This document shows, in pieces, positions 26,857 through 36,511 of a DNA stretch of 64,000 nucleotides. The notes under the pieces are model-generated. The model searched no databases, was not told the origin of the DNA, and saw nothing but the letters and a program-made list of their open reading frames with translations. Position numbers and translations under genes: made by a program. The stretch is from Alphaproteobacteria bacterium (GTDB lineage: Bacteria; Pseudomonadota; Alphaproteobacteria; MPNO01). Within the stretch, counting starts at the first letter, position 1; every line of letters begins with the position of its first letter. The stretch lies in assembly GCA_964291675.2 (NCBI GenBank), contig OZ219866.1, positions 576,001 through 640,000 of the forward strand. Direction: 5' to 3'.

Positions 26857-28763
26857 TCCGCCGCCTCCGCCGTGGTCTCGGCCCACCAGCCGGCATCGGG
26901 GTCCTGCCAGCCTTCCGGCCGGTCGAGCCCGCCCGCTTCCCGCGCGGCCTCGACATAGGCGCCCCGGTCGAACATCGGCAGCGCGCCGCGGCGCGCCCGC
27001 ATCTCCGCCCGGCGCGCATCGGTCGCCGGACCGTCGACCCCGAGCCGCGCGCCGTCCGCCTTGAGAATCACGCCGTACTCCTGCTCTGCGGCCGGTTCGG
27101 AGACCAGCCCGCACTCGACATCGTAGGCGACGCGTTCGGGCTCGCGCAGCAGGGGATCGCCCCAGCCGCCGCCGCCGGTGGTGCGGATGCGGACGGTGGA
27201 GCCCGCCGGCACCTCGATATTGTCGGCCATGCCGGCGATCTCGCGCTCCTCCCCGGGCCCGTCCTCGACCGCGATCCGGTAGGTCGAGCCCGGCCTGCCG
27301 CCATTGACGCCCCAGGTGTTGACCAGCGCGCGGTCGGCATTCGACAGGAGCCGGCAGGGTTCGAGCGCGCGGATGCGCTTGTCGTAGCCGAACCCGCCGC
27401 GGCGGAACCCCGGCCCGCCGGAATCGCGGGCGAGCCCGAGCTTCTCGACCATGACGGGATAGCGCGTCTCGGAGAACTCGGCCGGCAGGTTGCGCGAGTT
27501 GGGGACGATATGGACCACATCCGAGCCGTCCGCCCAGGGCCGGCCCGGCCCGCCGCCGCCGAGCACCTCGCGGAACAGGAAGAAGTCCCGGTTCGAGGCG
27601 CCGCCATGCAGCCCCCAGATGCGGATCGTCTCGTGATCCGCCGGCATCCGCCCGCCGGTCGCCTTGGACAAGAGCGCGGCGAAGATGCCGAGCGAGCGCA
27701 GCAGGATGAAGAAGCGCATCCCGGTCGCCTTGCCGAAATTCGGCGTCACCAGCGTCCCCTTCTCCGGGAACTTCACGTCGATCACGTCGAGCACGCCCTC
27801 GTTCATGTCGATCTCGGCGGCGCGCTCGGGCGAGGCGGCGAGCGAGCGCAGCACCGGGCCCATCCACTTGCGCACGAACTTGCCGTCGGAATAGTCGATC
27901 GCCCAGTTGATCGGCCCCCTGGCCTCGCGGCTGGTGCCGGTGAAGTCGAGCAGGATCTTCTCGGCGGTCTTGGTCATGGTCACGCGCATCGCGTGCAGCC
28001 GGGGCGCATCGACGCCGTCGTTCTCGATATAGTCCTCCCAGGCGTAGACGCCGTCCGCGATCCTCGGCAGGAGCTCGCGCCGGATGGTCTCGGCGCAGTT
28101 CTCGATCATCGCGTCGAAGGCCGCCTCCAGCGTGTCCGCGCCGTAGCGCTCGGCGAGCGCCACCACCCGCCTGGACCCCAGCATGGCGGCGCCGATCTCG
28201 GCGTCGAGGTCGCCGCGCAGATGCTCCGACAGGCGCGAGTTGCGCTCGATGATGCGGAACGCCGCCTCGTTCACCCGGCCGCCCTCGTAGAGCTTGATCG
28301 GCGGGATCACCAGCCCCTCGGTCCACATGTCCTCGGCATGGACCGGCAGGCTGCCCGGCACCGAGCCGCCGACATCGTCGTGGTGGCCGAACACCTGGGA
28401 GAAGCCGATCAGCCTTCCCTCGTGGAAGATCGGCAGGGTGGAGCAGAGGTCGGGGATGTGGCCGATGCCGCCCGACGAGTTGTAGGGGTCGTTCCAGAAG
28501 AACACGTCGCCCGGGTTGATGTCCTCGGGTCCGAAATACTCGAACACCGGCTCGACCAGGGCCGAATACGACCGCCCGGTCAGCTTGCGGCCCCTGGCGT
28601 CGAACAGCGCCACCCGGTAGTCGTGCTGGTCGCGGATCATCGGCGAGCGCGAGGTGCGCTCGACGGCGGCCTCGATCTCGAGCTCGGCGGAGCGGATGGT
28701 GCCGGTGATGATCTCCAGCTCGACCGGCCCGAGCTCGCTTGCCGCTTTCCGGCCTTCGCTCAT
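26853..28763 (-). CDS. Hydantoinase B/oxoprolinase family subunit
   Basis: NDPY..GHIPD, HHDDVGGSVPGS, DSGGPGFRRGG, GGGGWGDP. Confidence 0.92.
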   Translation of the reverse strand: MSEGRKAASELGPVELEIITGTIRSAELEIEAAVERTSRSPMIRDQHDYRVALFDARGRKLTGRSYSALVEPVFEYFGPEDINPGDVFFWNDPYNSSGGIGHIPDLCSTLPIFHEGRLIGFSQVFGHHDDVGGSVPGSLPVHAEDMWTEGLVIPPIKLYEGGRVNEAAFRIIERNSRLSEHLRGDLDAEIGAAMLGSRRVVALAERYGADTLEAAFDAMIENCAETIRRELLPRIADGVYAWEDYIENDGVDAPRLHAMRVTMTKTAEKILLDFTGTSREARGPINWAIDYSDGKFVRKWMGPVLRSLAASPERAAEIDMNEGVLDVIDVKFPEKGTLVTPNFGKATGMRFFILLRSLGIFAALLSKATGGRMPADHETIRIWGLHGGASNRDFFLFREVLGGGGPGRPWADGSDVVHIVPNSRNLPAEFSETRYPVMVEKLGLARDSGGPGFRRGGFGYDKRIRALEPCRLLSNADRALVNTWGVNGGRPGSTYRIAVEDGPGEEREIAGMADNIEVPAGSTVRIRTTGGGGWGDPLLREPERVAYDVECGLVSEPAAEQEYGVILKADGARLGVDGPATDARRAEMRARRGALPMFDRGAYVEAAREAGGLDRPEGWQDPDAGWWAETTAEAAE

Positions 28764-30811
28764 GAGGACTTCTCCAGGATGAGATTGCCGTAGCGGTCGA
28801 CGCTCGACCGCCAGGTTGCGGGGACCACGGTGGTCGATCCGTACTCCTCGACGATCGCCGGGCCAGCGGTAGCGGTGCCGACGCCGAGATCGCCGCGCCG
28901 CCAGATGCCGCAATCGACCCAGCCGCTCCCGCGCCAGTAGACCGGGCGCGAGGCGACCGGCGCGGCCTCGCCGTCCGCGCGTTCGAGCGGGCGGATATCG
29001 GGGCGGTGCACGCGGCCGACCGCCTGAACCCGGAGGCTCACCACCTCGACATCCTGGCGTCCCTCGTAGTGGAAGCCGAAAATGCGTTCGTGCACGAAGT
29101 GGAAGTCGCGCCACATCGTCGCCACCGCATCGGCCCCATCGGTGCCCGGCGGAATCGGCACCGGCACCTCGTGGCCCTCCCCGACATAGCGGACATCGGC
29201 GCTGCGTACCAGCCGGATCGCGTCGCGCGCGACGCCCTCGGCCGCGATCTCGTCCCGCCCCCGCCCCTCCAGCGCGCGCCAAACCGCCTCCAGCTCGTCC
29301 GCGTCGTGGCTCGACTGCTGGCGCACGCAGGTCCTCACATAGTCGCGCTTGATGTCGGAGACGTGGAGCCCGAAGGCCGACAGATTGCCCGGGTTGGGCG
29401 GCACGATGGCGGTGGCGATGCCGAGGAAATCCGCGACCTCGGCGGCGAACAGCCCGCCGGCGCCGCCGAAGGCGACCATCGCGTAGTCGCCCGGGTCGAG
29501 GCCGCGCGTTGTGGTGACGCGGCGGATGCCGTGCACCTGGTTGGCCGAGGCGATTTCGAGCACCCCGGCGGCGGCTTCCTCGGCCGCAATTCCGAGCTTG
29601 CGGCCGAGCGCCTCGTAGGCCGCGCGCGCGGCGCCTGCGTCGAGCGCGAGCCCGCCGCCGATCAGCGCCCCGGGCAGGCGGCCGAGCACCAGGCCGGCAT
29701 CGGTCACCGTGGGCTCGCTGCCGCCGCGGCCGTAGCAGATCGGCCCCGGATCGGCGCCGGCGCTCCGCGGCCCGACCTTGAGCGCGCCGTAATCGTCGAT
29801 CCAGGCGAGCGAGCCGCCGCCGGTGCCGACGGTCTCGATGTCGAGCATCGGCGATTTCACCGGGTAGCTCTCTATCACCGCGTGGCTGGTGAGCTGCGGC
29901 GTGAGGTTCTGGACCAGCGAGACGTCGGTCGAGGTGCCCCCGACATCGAGCGTCAGCACGTTGCGGTAATCGGCGAGCCTGGCCATGTGGGTCGCGCCGA
30001 GCACGCCGCCGGCGGGACCGGACACCAGCATGGTGACCGGCTTCTCGGCCGCCTTGGCGCTGGAGACGATGCCGCCGTTGGACTGCATGATCAGGAACGG
30101 CAGCGCGCCGGAGCGGGCGCGGATGCTGCGCTCGGCATGGCCGAGATAGGTCTTGCAGTAGGGCTTCACCATGACGTCGATCAGGGTCGTCATGGCGCGC
30201 TCGTATTCGCGGTACTCGGGCAGCACCACGGAAGAGAGCGAGACGTGGATGCCGGGGTGGCGTTCGGCCAGCAGCGCGCCCACCCGCTCCTCGTGCGCCG
30301 GGTTGGCGTAGGCGTGCAGCAGGCAGACGGCAAGCCGCGTCACCCCGAGGGCGACGAGCTCGTCGGCAGCGGCGATCACGCTCTGCTCGTCGAGCGGGGC
30401 GAGCTCCGAGCCGTCATGGCGCATCCGCCCGGCCGCCTCGCGCACCAGGTGGAGCGGCACCAGGCGCTTCGGCTTGACCCAGAAGAACGAGTTGCCGTAG
30501 CCGTCGGGGACCGACTGGCGGGCGATCTCGATCAGGTGGCGAAAGCCCGCGGTCACCAGCAGGCCCAGCCCCTCGAACCTGTGCTCCAGCACCGCGTTGG
30601 TGGCGGTCGTGGTGCCGTGCAGGATGCGGTCGATATCGCCCGGCCCGGCGGAGGCCGCGTCCAGCACCTCGTCGATGCCGTTCAGCAGGCCGCGGCTCGG
30701 ATCGGCCGGCGTGCTCGGCGTCTTGATGGCGAACTGGTCGCCCGTATCCTCGTCGAGCGCGATCACGTCGGTGAACGTGCCGCCGGTGTCGATGGCTATG
30801 CGAAGCGCCAT
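28760..30811 (-). CDS. Hydantoinase A/oxoprolinase family ATPase subunit
   Basis: IDTGGTFTD, HGTTTATNA, DVGGTSTD, SAGADPGPICY. Confidence 0.94.
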   Translation of the reverse strand: MALRIAIDTGGTFTDVIALDEDTGDQFAIKTPSTPADPSRGLLNGIDEVLDAASAGPGDIDRILHGTTTATNAVLEHRFEGLGLLVTAGFRHLIEIARQSVPDGYGNSFFWVKPKRLVPLHLVREAAGRMRHDGSELAPLDEQSVIAAADELVALGVTRLAVCLLHAYANPAHEERVGALLAERHPGIHVSLSSVVLPEYREYERAMTTLIDVMVKPYCKTYLGHAERSIRARSGALPFLIMQSNGGIVSSAKAAEKPVTMLVSGPAGGVLGATHMARLADYRNVLTLDVGGTSTDVSLVQNLTPQLTSHAVIESYPVKSPMLDIETVGTGGGSLAWIDDYGALKVGPRSAGADPGPICYGRGGSEPTVTDAGLVLGRLPGALIGGGLALDAGAARAAYEALGRKLGIAAEEAAAGVLEIASANQVHGIRRVTTTRGLDPGDYAMVAFGGAGGLFAAEVADFLGIATAIVPPNPGNLSAFGLHVSDIKRDYVRTCVRQQSSHDADELEAVWRALEGRGRDEIAAEGVARDAIRLVRSADVRYVGEGHEVPVPIPPGTDGADAVATMWRDFHFVHERIFGFHYEGRQDVEVVSLRVQAVGRVHRPDIRPLERADGEAAPVASRPVYWRGSGWVDCGIWRRGDLGVGTATAGPAIVEEYGSTTVVPATWRSSVDRYGNLILEKSS

Positions 30812-30857
30812 GATTCGACCGCTATTTCAACACGCTAACCATGTTGCGACGATATTC

Positions 30858-31565
30858 TCAGAGGGCCGCGGCGTCAAACAGGCGCGGCTCGAGCTGCGCA
30901 CCCCATTCCGCCAGCAGATCGGCCGAGTCCATCACCAGCCCCATATGGATCGAGACCATCTTGAGCGCCGCCTCCTCCATCTCGTCATTGGTGCCGCGCA
31001 CCAGATCCTGCAGCACGACGACGCGGTAGTCGCGGTTGCTCGCATCGAAGGCGGCGTTGAGCACGCAGCAATCGGTGAACCCGCCGTTCAGCACCACCGT
31101 CCGAACCTCCATGTTGCGCAGCAGGAAGTCGAGGTCGGTCGGGTAGAACACCGACAGCCGCTTCTTGGTCTGGACGATCTGGTCGCCCGGCTCGACCCGG
31201 GTCTCGAACTCGGTCCAGCGGCTGCCCTCGATGGCGTGCGCGTCGGCGTTGGGGATCTCGCCGACATGGAGCGGGAAGACGTCGCGCCAGGCCGCGCGCA
31301 GGCCGTTCACGTCGTCCACCCCGCCCTTCCGCAGCACCGACCTGACATGGACGATGGGGACGCCGAGCCGGCGCGCCCGGTCGTGGAAGGCGTCGATCGG
31401 GGCCACGATCTCGCGCGCCCGCGGCGCCGGGCACGGGCAGTCCGGCGTGTCGGCGAGATGGCCCTGGTGCATGTCGATCGAGACAATCGCCGATCTCGAC
31501 GCATCGGCGTAGAGGTCGAACCCGTCCGGCAGAACGCGGCGGTCGCCGTAGACATAAGCCTCCAT
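30858..31565 (-). CDS. Isochorismatase-family cysteine hydrolase
   Basis: IVSIDMH, KKRLSVFYPTDL, GGFTDCCV (D-K-C triad). Confidence 0.88.
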   Translation of the reverse strand: MEAYVYGDRRVLPDGFDLYADASRSAIVSIDMHQGHLADTPDCPCPAPRAREIVAPIDAFHDRARRLGVPIVHVRSVLRKGGVDDVNGLRAAWRDVFPLHVGEIPNADAHAIEGSRWTEFETRVEPGDQIVQTKKRLSVFYPTDLDFLLRNMEVRTVVLNGGFTDCCVLNAAFDASNRDYRVVVLQDLVRGTNDEMEEAALKMVSIHMGLVMDSADLLAEWGAQLEPRLFDAAAL

Positions 31566-31579
31566 CCCTGCCTCCCTCG

Positions 31580-32935
31580 TCAGTGTCTCGCGCCGTTCTC
31601 GATATCCGCCCAGGCGGCGATCAGCCGGCGGATACGGGCGTCGCGGTCGGCGGCGGTCTGGTGCGCGCCCTCGATGTTGATCCCGGTGATCCGGTCGCCG
31701 GTGCGTTGCAGCAACGCTTCGTCGTCGCCGCCCGGAACCGCCGGGATGCGTACCACCGTGTCGTGGCAGTAGGTCGGGATCCGCCCGCCGGCGCGGATCT
31801 GCGAGGTCTTCGGCTCGCCGCCCGAGGCGACGCGGCGGATCTCGGCCCTGAGCAGCTTGCGCAGCATCAGCACGCCCTTGTCGGTCGCCGTCATGTGCTC
31901 CAGCGCATGGACGGCGATCGGCCGCTGGCTGGTCTGGGCGTCGAAATCGCCCGGGATGCGCTGGCGGTCCCGGTAGCTGCGCGCGCCGTCCTGGCCGAAG
32001 AAGTCGACCGATTCGGGGCCGCATCTGCTCTCGTCGGCGTTGTTGCCGGGATCGCCGTCCGGGTGGAAATGGCGCCAGCCGATGATGCGGCAAGTCCGGT
32101 TGTCGACCGGCGTGGTCCAGCGCGTGATGCCGGCGCGCGAGTAGAGCTTGGGCTGGCGGCCGTCCTCCCAGATATGGCCCACCTGGGCGATGTTGCCGAG
32201 CAGGATGTCGTTCGAGCGCACCCAGACATTGTCGCCCCAGCGCCGGGTGGTGACGTAGATCATGCCGGTCGGGGTCTCGCGGAACTCGGTCACCGGCAGC
32301 TCGCCCCAGGCGTCGGCGAACTGGGAGAAGCTGATGCGCGTGTGCAGGAACACCGCATGCGCCGGGTCCATCACGTTCTCCTGCACCTGGAGCCAGTTGC
32401 AGGGGTAGGTGATGTAGTAGGGGACCAGCCGGTCGTCCGGCATGGCGAACGAGTCGTAGGGCGCGAAGTCCGGCCGCTTCCCGGGCGGCCCCATATAGGC
32501 GAAGACCAGCCCGTCATGCTCCTCGACCGGGTAGGCGCCGTGATAGAGCCGGTCCTTGAGCGTGCTCGCCGGCGGCTCGCCCGGCGTCTCCAGGATCCTC
32601 CCGTCGGGGGCGAACAGCCAGCTATGGTAGCAGCAGCGCAGCCCCCCGGGCTCGACCACGCCGTATTCGAGCGAGGTGCCGCGATGGCTGCAATGGCGGT
32701 CGAGCAGCCCCCAGTCGCCGGCCCGCGTGCGGAACAGCACCAGGTCCTCGCCGAACATGCGGACTCTCAGCGGCAGCTCGCCGACCTCGGAGGCGATCGC
32801 CACGGGCTGCCAGAACCGCCTCAGATACTCGCCGCAGGCCGAGCCGCGCTCGACATGGGTGAGCTCGCAATCCTCGTCCGGCGTCGGCGGGTTGTGGTAG
32901 GCGCCGTAGGGCGTGCGCAGAAAATGCTTCTGCAC
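31580..32935 (-). CDS. Rieske oxygenase (phthalate 4,5-dioxygenase/LigX-like)
   Basis: GEYLRRFWQP, CSHRG...CCYHSW, CNWLQVQENVMDPAH..FLH; GGAGG RBS before GTG 32935. Confidence 0.9.
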   Translation of the reverse strand: MQKHFLRTPYGAYHNPPTPDEDCELTHVERGSACGEYLRRFWQPVAIASEVGELPLRVRMFGEDLVLFRTRAGDWGLLDRHCSHRGTSLEYGVVEPGGLRCCYHSWLFAPDGRILETPGEPPASTLKDRLYHGAYPVEEHDGLVFAYMGPPGKRPDFAPYDSFAMPDDRLVPYYITYPCNWLQVQENVMDPAHAVFLHTRISFSQFADAWGELPVTEFRETPTGMIYVTTRRWGDNVWVRSNDILLGNIAQVGHIWEDGRQPKLYSRAGITRWTTPVDNRTCRIIGWRHFHPDGDPGNNADESRCGPESVDFFGQDGARSYRDRQRIPGDFDAQTSQRPIAVHALEHMTATDKGVLMLRKLLRAEIRRVASGGEPKTSQIRAGGRIPTYCHDTVVRIPAVPGGDDEALLQRTGDRITGINIEGAHQTAADRDARIRRLIAAWADIENGARH

Positions 32936-33004
32936 GGGATCAAACCTCCTCCTCGATCGCCCGGCGCGAATGCTAGAGCCAATCCGTTGCGGATGGAACC
33001 GTGC

Positions 33005-33103
33005 CGTCCTTCGGGCGCTACCCGAGATGAGATGTCGTGCCGTCGCCCGGTCACCCACCCCTCACCCTGAGTGGCCCGCCAAAGGCCGGCGTATCGAAGG
33101 ACG
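33005..33103. repeat. Degenerate alphaproteobacterial REP-like element (TCATCCTGAG...TCGAAGGA type)
   Basis: CTCACCCTGAG...GCGTATCGAAGGACG at 33061-33103; opposite-facing degenerate half CGTCCTTCG...GATGAG at 33005-33031. Confidence 0.45.
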
Positions 33104-33228
33104 ACCGAACGAAAAGAGCGCCGGAGCTCCCCGCTGCCACTCTCGAGACGATAGCAAATGTACCCCAAAACTCGTCCCATGTCAAGCATTATTTTGTCCG
33201 ATATGAATAGGTTAACAATGCTGACCAT

Positions 33229-33244
33229 TGTTTCACGTGAAACA
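33229..33244. promoter_or_regulatory. parS: parS site (ParB binding)
   Basis: Perfect TGTTTCACGTGAAACA, intergenic; palindrome extends to 33226-33247. Confidence 0.92.
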
Positions 33245-33364
33245 ATGTCCCGAAACGGTACAATTTCCACCGCCACCGACAGGCGGCCGCGCGGCCGCGG
33301 CAAATTGCCCGCCAAGGGCCGGGCTGCTAGCGTTCGCCGGGCGCGGCGGGGCTCGGGAGGCGGG

Positions 33365-34522
33365 ATGGAGCGGCAGCGGATCCGGTTCGGCAGCTTCCTC
33401 GCGCCGTTTCATTCGGTGCGCGAGAACCCGACGCTCGCGCTGGAGCGCGACTTGGCGCTCGTCGAGCACCTCGACCGGCTAGGCCTCGACGAGGTCTGGG
33501 TGGGCGAGCACCATTCGGGCGGCATGGAGATCGTGGCCTCGCCCGAGATCTTCATCGCCGCGGCGGCCGAGCGCACGCGGCGGATCCGGCTCGGGACCGG
33601 CGTCGTCACGCTGCCCTACCACCACCCGTTCCTGGTCGCCGAGCGCATCAACCAGCTCGACCACCAGACCAGGGGGCGGACGATGTTCGGCGTCGGCGCC
33701 GGCGCGCTGCCCTACGATGCCGACATGATGGGCATCGACGTCGCGCGCATCCGCGACATGATGACCGAGGCGCTGGATGCGATCCTGCCGCTGCTCGACG
33801 GCGAGACGGTGAGCCGCCGGACCGGCTGGTTCGAGCTCCGCGAGGCCCGGCTCCAGCTCGCCCCCTTCACCCGCCCGCGGGTCGAGCTCGCGATCCCCTC
33901 GGTGGTCTCGCCGTCGGGCCCGAGCGCCGCCGGCAGGTACGGCATGAGCCTGCTGTCGACCGCCGCCACCACGAGGGCGGCGTTCGAGGCCCTGCCGGAG
34001 ACGTGGAAGATCTGCGCCGGGGAGGCCGAGGCGCATGGCCGGATCGCGGAGCGCGCGCGCTGGCGTCTGGTCGGCCCCGTCCACGTCGCCGAGACCCGCG
34101 AACGGGCGCGCGCCAATGTCCGCTTCGGCATCCAGGAGTGGCTGCGCTACTTCGCCCAGGTCGGGCATTTGCCGCTGGACGCGACCGGCGAGGGAGATGT
34201 GGACTCCGACATCGACGCGCTGATCGAAGCGAAGATCGCGGTGATCGGCACGCCGGACGATCTCGCCGCCCAGATCGAGCGGCTGGAACGCCAGTCGGGC
34301 GGGTTCGGGGTTTTTCTCGACATGGCGCATAACTGGGCCGATTTCGCCGCCACCCAGCGCAGCTACGAGCTGATCGCGCGCTATGTCATGCCCCGTTTCG
34401 ACGGCCGCGGCGGGCGGCAGGAGGAGGCCTGGCGCTGGGCGATGGCGAAGAAGCCGGCGCTCGCCGAGCGGCGCCAGGCGGGGATCGACAGGGCGATCCG
34501 CGACCTCAATCCTCGAAAGTGA
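33365..34522 (+). CDS. Luciferase-like (LLM) flavin monooxygenase, limonene 1,2-monooxygenase-like
   Basis: FGSFLAPFH...WVGEHHSGG..IVASPE, LGTGVVTLPYHHP. Confidence 0.9.
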   Translation: MERQRIRFGSFLAPFHSVRENPTLALERDLALVEHLDRLGLDEVWVGEHHSGGMEIVASPEIFIAAAAERTRRIRLGTGVVTLPYHHPFLVAERINQLDHQTRGRTMFGVGAGALPYDADMMGIDVARIRDMMTEALDAILPLLDGETVSRRTGWFELREARLQLAPFTRPRVELAIPSVVSPSGPSAAGRYGMSLLSTAATTRAAFEALPETWKICAGEAEAHGRIAERARWRLVGPVHVAETRERARANVRFGIQEWLRYFAQVGHLPLDATGEGDVDSDIDALIEAKIAVIGTPDDLAAQIERLERQSGGFGVFLDMAHNWADFAATQRSYELIARYVMPRFDGRGGRQEEAWRWAMAKKPALAERRQAGIDRAIRDLNPRK

Positions 34523-35378
34523 TCTCCGCCGTCTGGGCGATGCCGCCGTCGGGGGTAAGCGCCCACAGCCGGCCCTCGCCCGGGCCGGGTCCGGGCGCGC
34601 CGTTGACGGTGAACGGCGCGCCGTCGAACAGCGGGGCGAGCGCGCGCACCGCATAGGATCTGAGCGTCGCCCCGGGCCGCGCGCGGCGGAACAGGTCCAA
34701 GAGCAGCGTGGTGATCAGATTGCCGTGCACCAGCAGCCCCGGATAGCCCTCGACCCCGGTCACGTAGTCGCGGTCGTAGTGGATGCGGTGGCTGTTCATG
34801 GTGAGCGCCGAGTAGCGGAACAGGAGCACGGTGGTGGGCTCGATCTCGCGCGACCAGACGGCCTCGATCCCGGGCGGCTCCCGCTTCGCCGGCGGCGCGC
34901 CCGCCTTGCCCGCATCGGCCGCGCGATAGACGGTCGAATGCTCCTCGTGGGTGGCGAGCCCGTCCTCGCCGAAGATCTCGTGGCGCAGGGTGACGAAGCA
35001 GAGCGCGCCGGAACGCCCGGACTTGGGCGCCACGTCGGCGACGGTGGAGACCCGCCTCGCGGTCTCGCCGACCCGGAGCGGGCGGTCGAAGCGCATCCTT
35101 GCGCCGGCCCACATGCGGCGCGGCAGGGGCACCGGGGGCATGAAGCCGCCCTTCGCCTTGTGCCCGTCCGGCCCGGTGTCGGCGAGCTTCACCACCTCCG
35201 GGAAGTAGTACCAGTGCCAGCCGGGCGGGATCGGATCGCCGTCTGCCAGCGGCGCGTCGTCGCGGTCGAAGGTGGCGGACAGGATATCGGCGGGGGCGGC
35301 GGTAATGAGCCCGGTCGCGGTCTCGCTGCGCCCGATCCAGCCGCGCGCGCGCTCCAGCGCCTCGTCGAGCCCGCTCAT
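34506..35378 (-). CDS. Double-hotdog acyl-CoA hydratase (itaconyl-/mesaconyl-C4-CoA hydratase-like)
   Basis: PPVPLPRRMWAG; LFRYSALTMNSHRIHYD; YPGLLVHG. Confidence 0.88.
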   Translation of the reverse strand: MSGLDEALERARGWIGRSETATGLITAAPADILSATFDRDDAPLADGDPIPPGWHWYYFPEVVKLADTGPDGHKAKGGFMPPVPLPRRMWAGARMRFDRPLRVGETARRVSTVADVAPKSGRSGALCFVTLRHEIFGEDGLATHEEHSTVYRAADAGKAGAPPAKREPPGIEAVWSREIEPTTVLLFRYSALTMNSHRIHYDRDYVTGVEGYPGLLVHGNLITTLLLDLFRRARPGATLRSYAVRALAPLFDGAPFTVNGAPGPGPGEGRLWALTPDGGIAQTAEITFED

Positions 35379-36511
35379 GCCGCGAACTCGCCGCGGATCG
35401 CCCCGGAATCGGCGCCCGCCTCCGGCACCGGGCCGAGCGAGCGCGCGCCGCCGTCGATCCGCGCCGGCGGGGCGACGAGGTCGATCGCGCCGCCCGGGAT
35501 GCCGATGCCCGCCCGCCTGAGCGCCGGGTGGCGTGCGAGGCCGGCGACGTCGTTGACCTCGCCGAAGGCGATCTTCGCCCGGCGCAGCCTGGCGATCAGC
35601 GCATCGCGCGCGATCGCCGTGAACACGCCGCGGACGATCGCATCGAAGGGCTCGCGGTTGTCGAGCCGGGCGATGTTGCTCTCGAAGCGCGGGTCGGCGG
35701 GGAGGTCCGGGCGCTCCAGCACCTGGGCGCAGAGGCGCACGAACTCGCGCTCGTTCTGGATCGCGATCAGGATCGGCGCGCCGTCCTGCGTCGGGTAGGC
35801 GCCGTAGGGGTGGATCGAGGGGTGGTTGAGCCCGATCCGGGGCGGGCCCCTGCCGTCGGCCTCCCAGTGCAGCAGCGGCACCGTCATCCAATCCGCCATG
35901 CCGGAGAACAGCGAGGTCTCGATGGCGCAGCCCTCGCCCGTTTCGCCGCGCGCGATCACCGCCTCGAGGGTTGCCATGTAGCTGTACATGCCGCACGCGA
36001 TGTCGCAGACCGAGACCCCGACCCGGCCCGGCCCCTCGGGCCCGCCGGTGACCGAGCACAGCCCGGACTCCGCCTGGACCAGGAGGTCGTAGGCCCGCAT
36101 GTCGGCATAGGCGCCGTCGGCGCCGTAGCCGCTGATGTCGACGGTGATCAGCCGGGGGTTGCGCGCGCGCAGGCCCGCCGAATCGAACCCCGCCCTGGCC
36201 GCCGACCCCGGGGCGAGGTTCTGGATGAACACGTCGGCCCGTTCCAGGATGCGGTAGAGCAGCGCCCGGTCGTCGGCGTCCTTGATGTCGGCGGTGAGCG
36301 ATTCCTTGCCGCGGTTGAGCCAGACGAAATAGGCGCTCTCGCCATTGGCGAACCTGTCGTAGTTGCGCGCGAAGTCGCCGCCCGCGCGCTCGATCTTGAT
36401 CACCCGGGCGCCGGCATCGGCGAGGCGCGACGAGCAATAGGGCGCCGCCACCGCCTGCTCCATCGAGAGCACCAGCAGCCCGTCGAGCGGGCGCATCGCA
36501 TCGCCCGCCAT
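35375..36511 (-). CDS. CaiB/BaiF class III CoA transferase (itaconate CoA-transferase-like)
   Basis: EQAVAAPYCSSRLADAGARVIKIER, WLNRGKES, AYDLLVQAESG. Confidence 0.9.
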   Translation of the reverse strand: MAGDAMRPLDGLLVLSMEQAVAAPYCSSRLADAGARVIKIERAGGDFARNYDRFANGESAYFVWLNRGKESLTADIKDADDRALLYRILERADVFIQNLAPGSAARAGFDSAGLRARNPRLITVDISGYGADGAYADMRAYDLLVQAESGLCSVTGGPEGPGRVGVSVCDIACGMYSYMATLEAVIARGETGEGCAIETSLFSGMADWMTVPLLHWEADGRGPPRIGLNHPSIHPYGAYPTQDGAPILIAIQNEREFVRLCAQVLERPDLPADPRFESNIARLDNREPFDAIVRGVFTAIARDALIARLRRAKIAFGEVNDVAGLARHPALRRAGIGIPGGAIDLVAPPARIDGGARSLGPVPEAGADSGAIRGEFAA

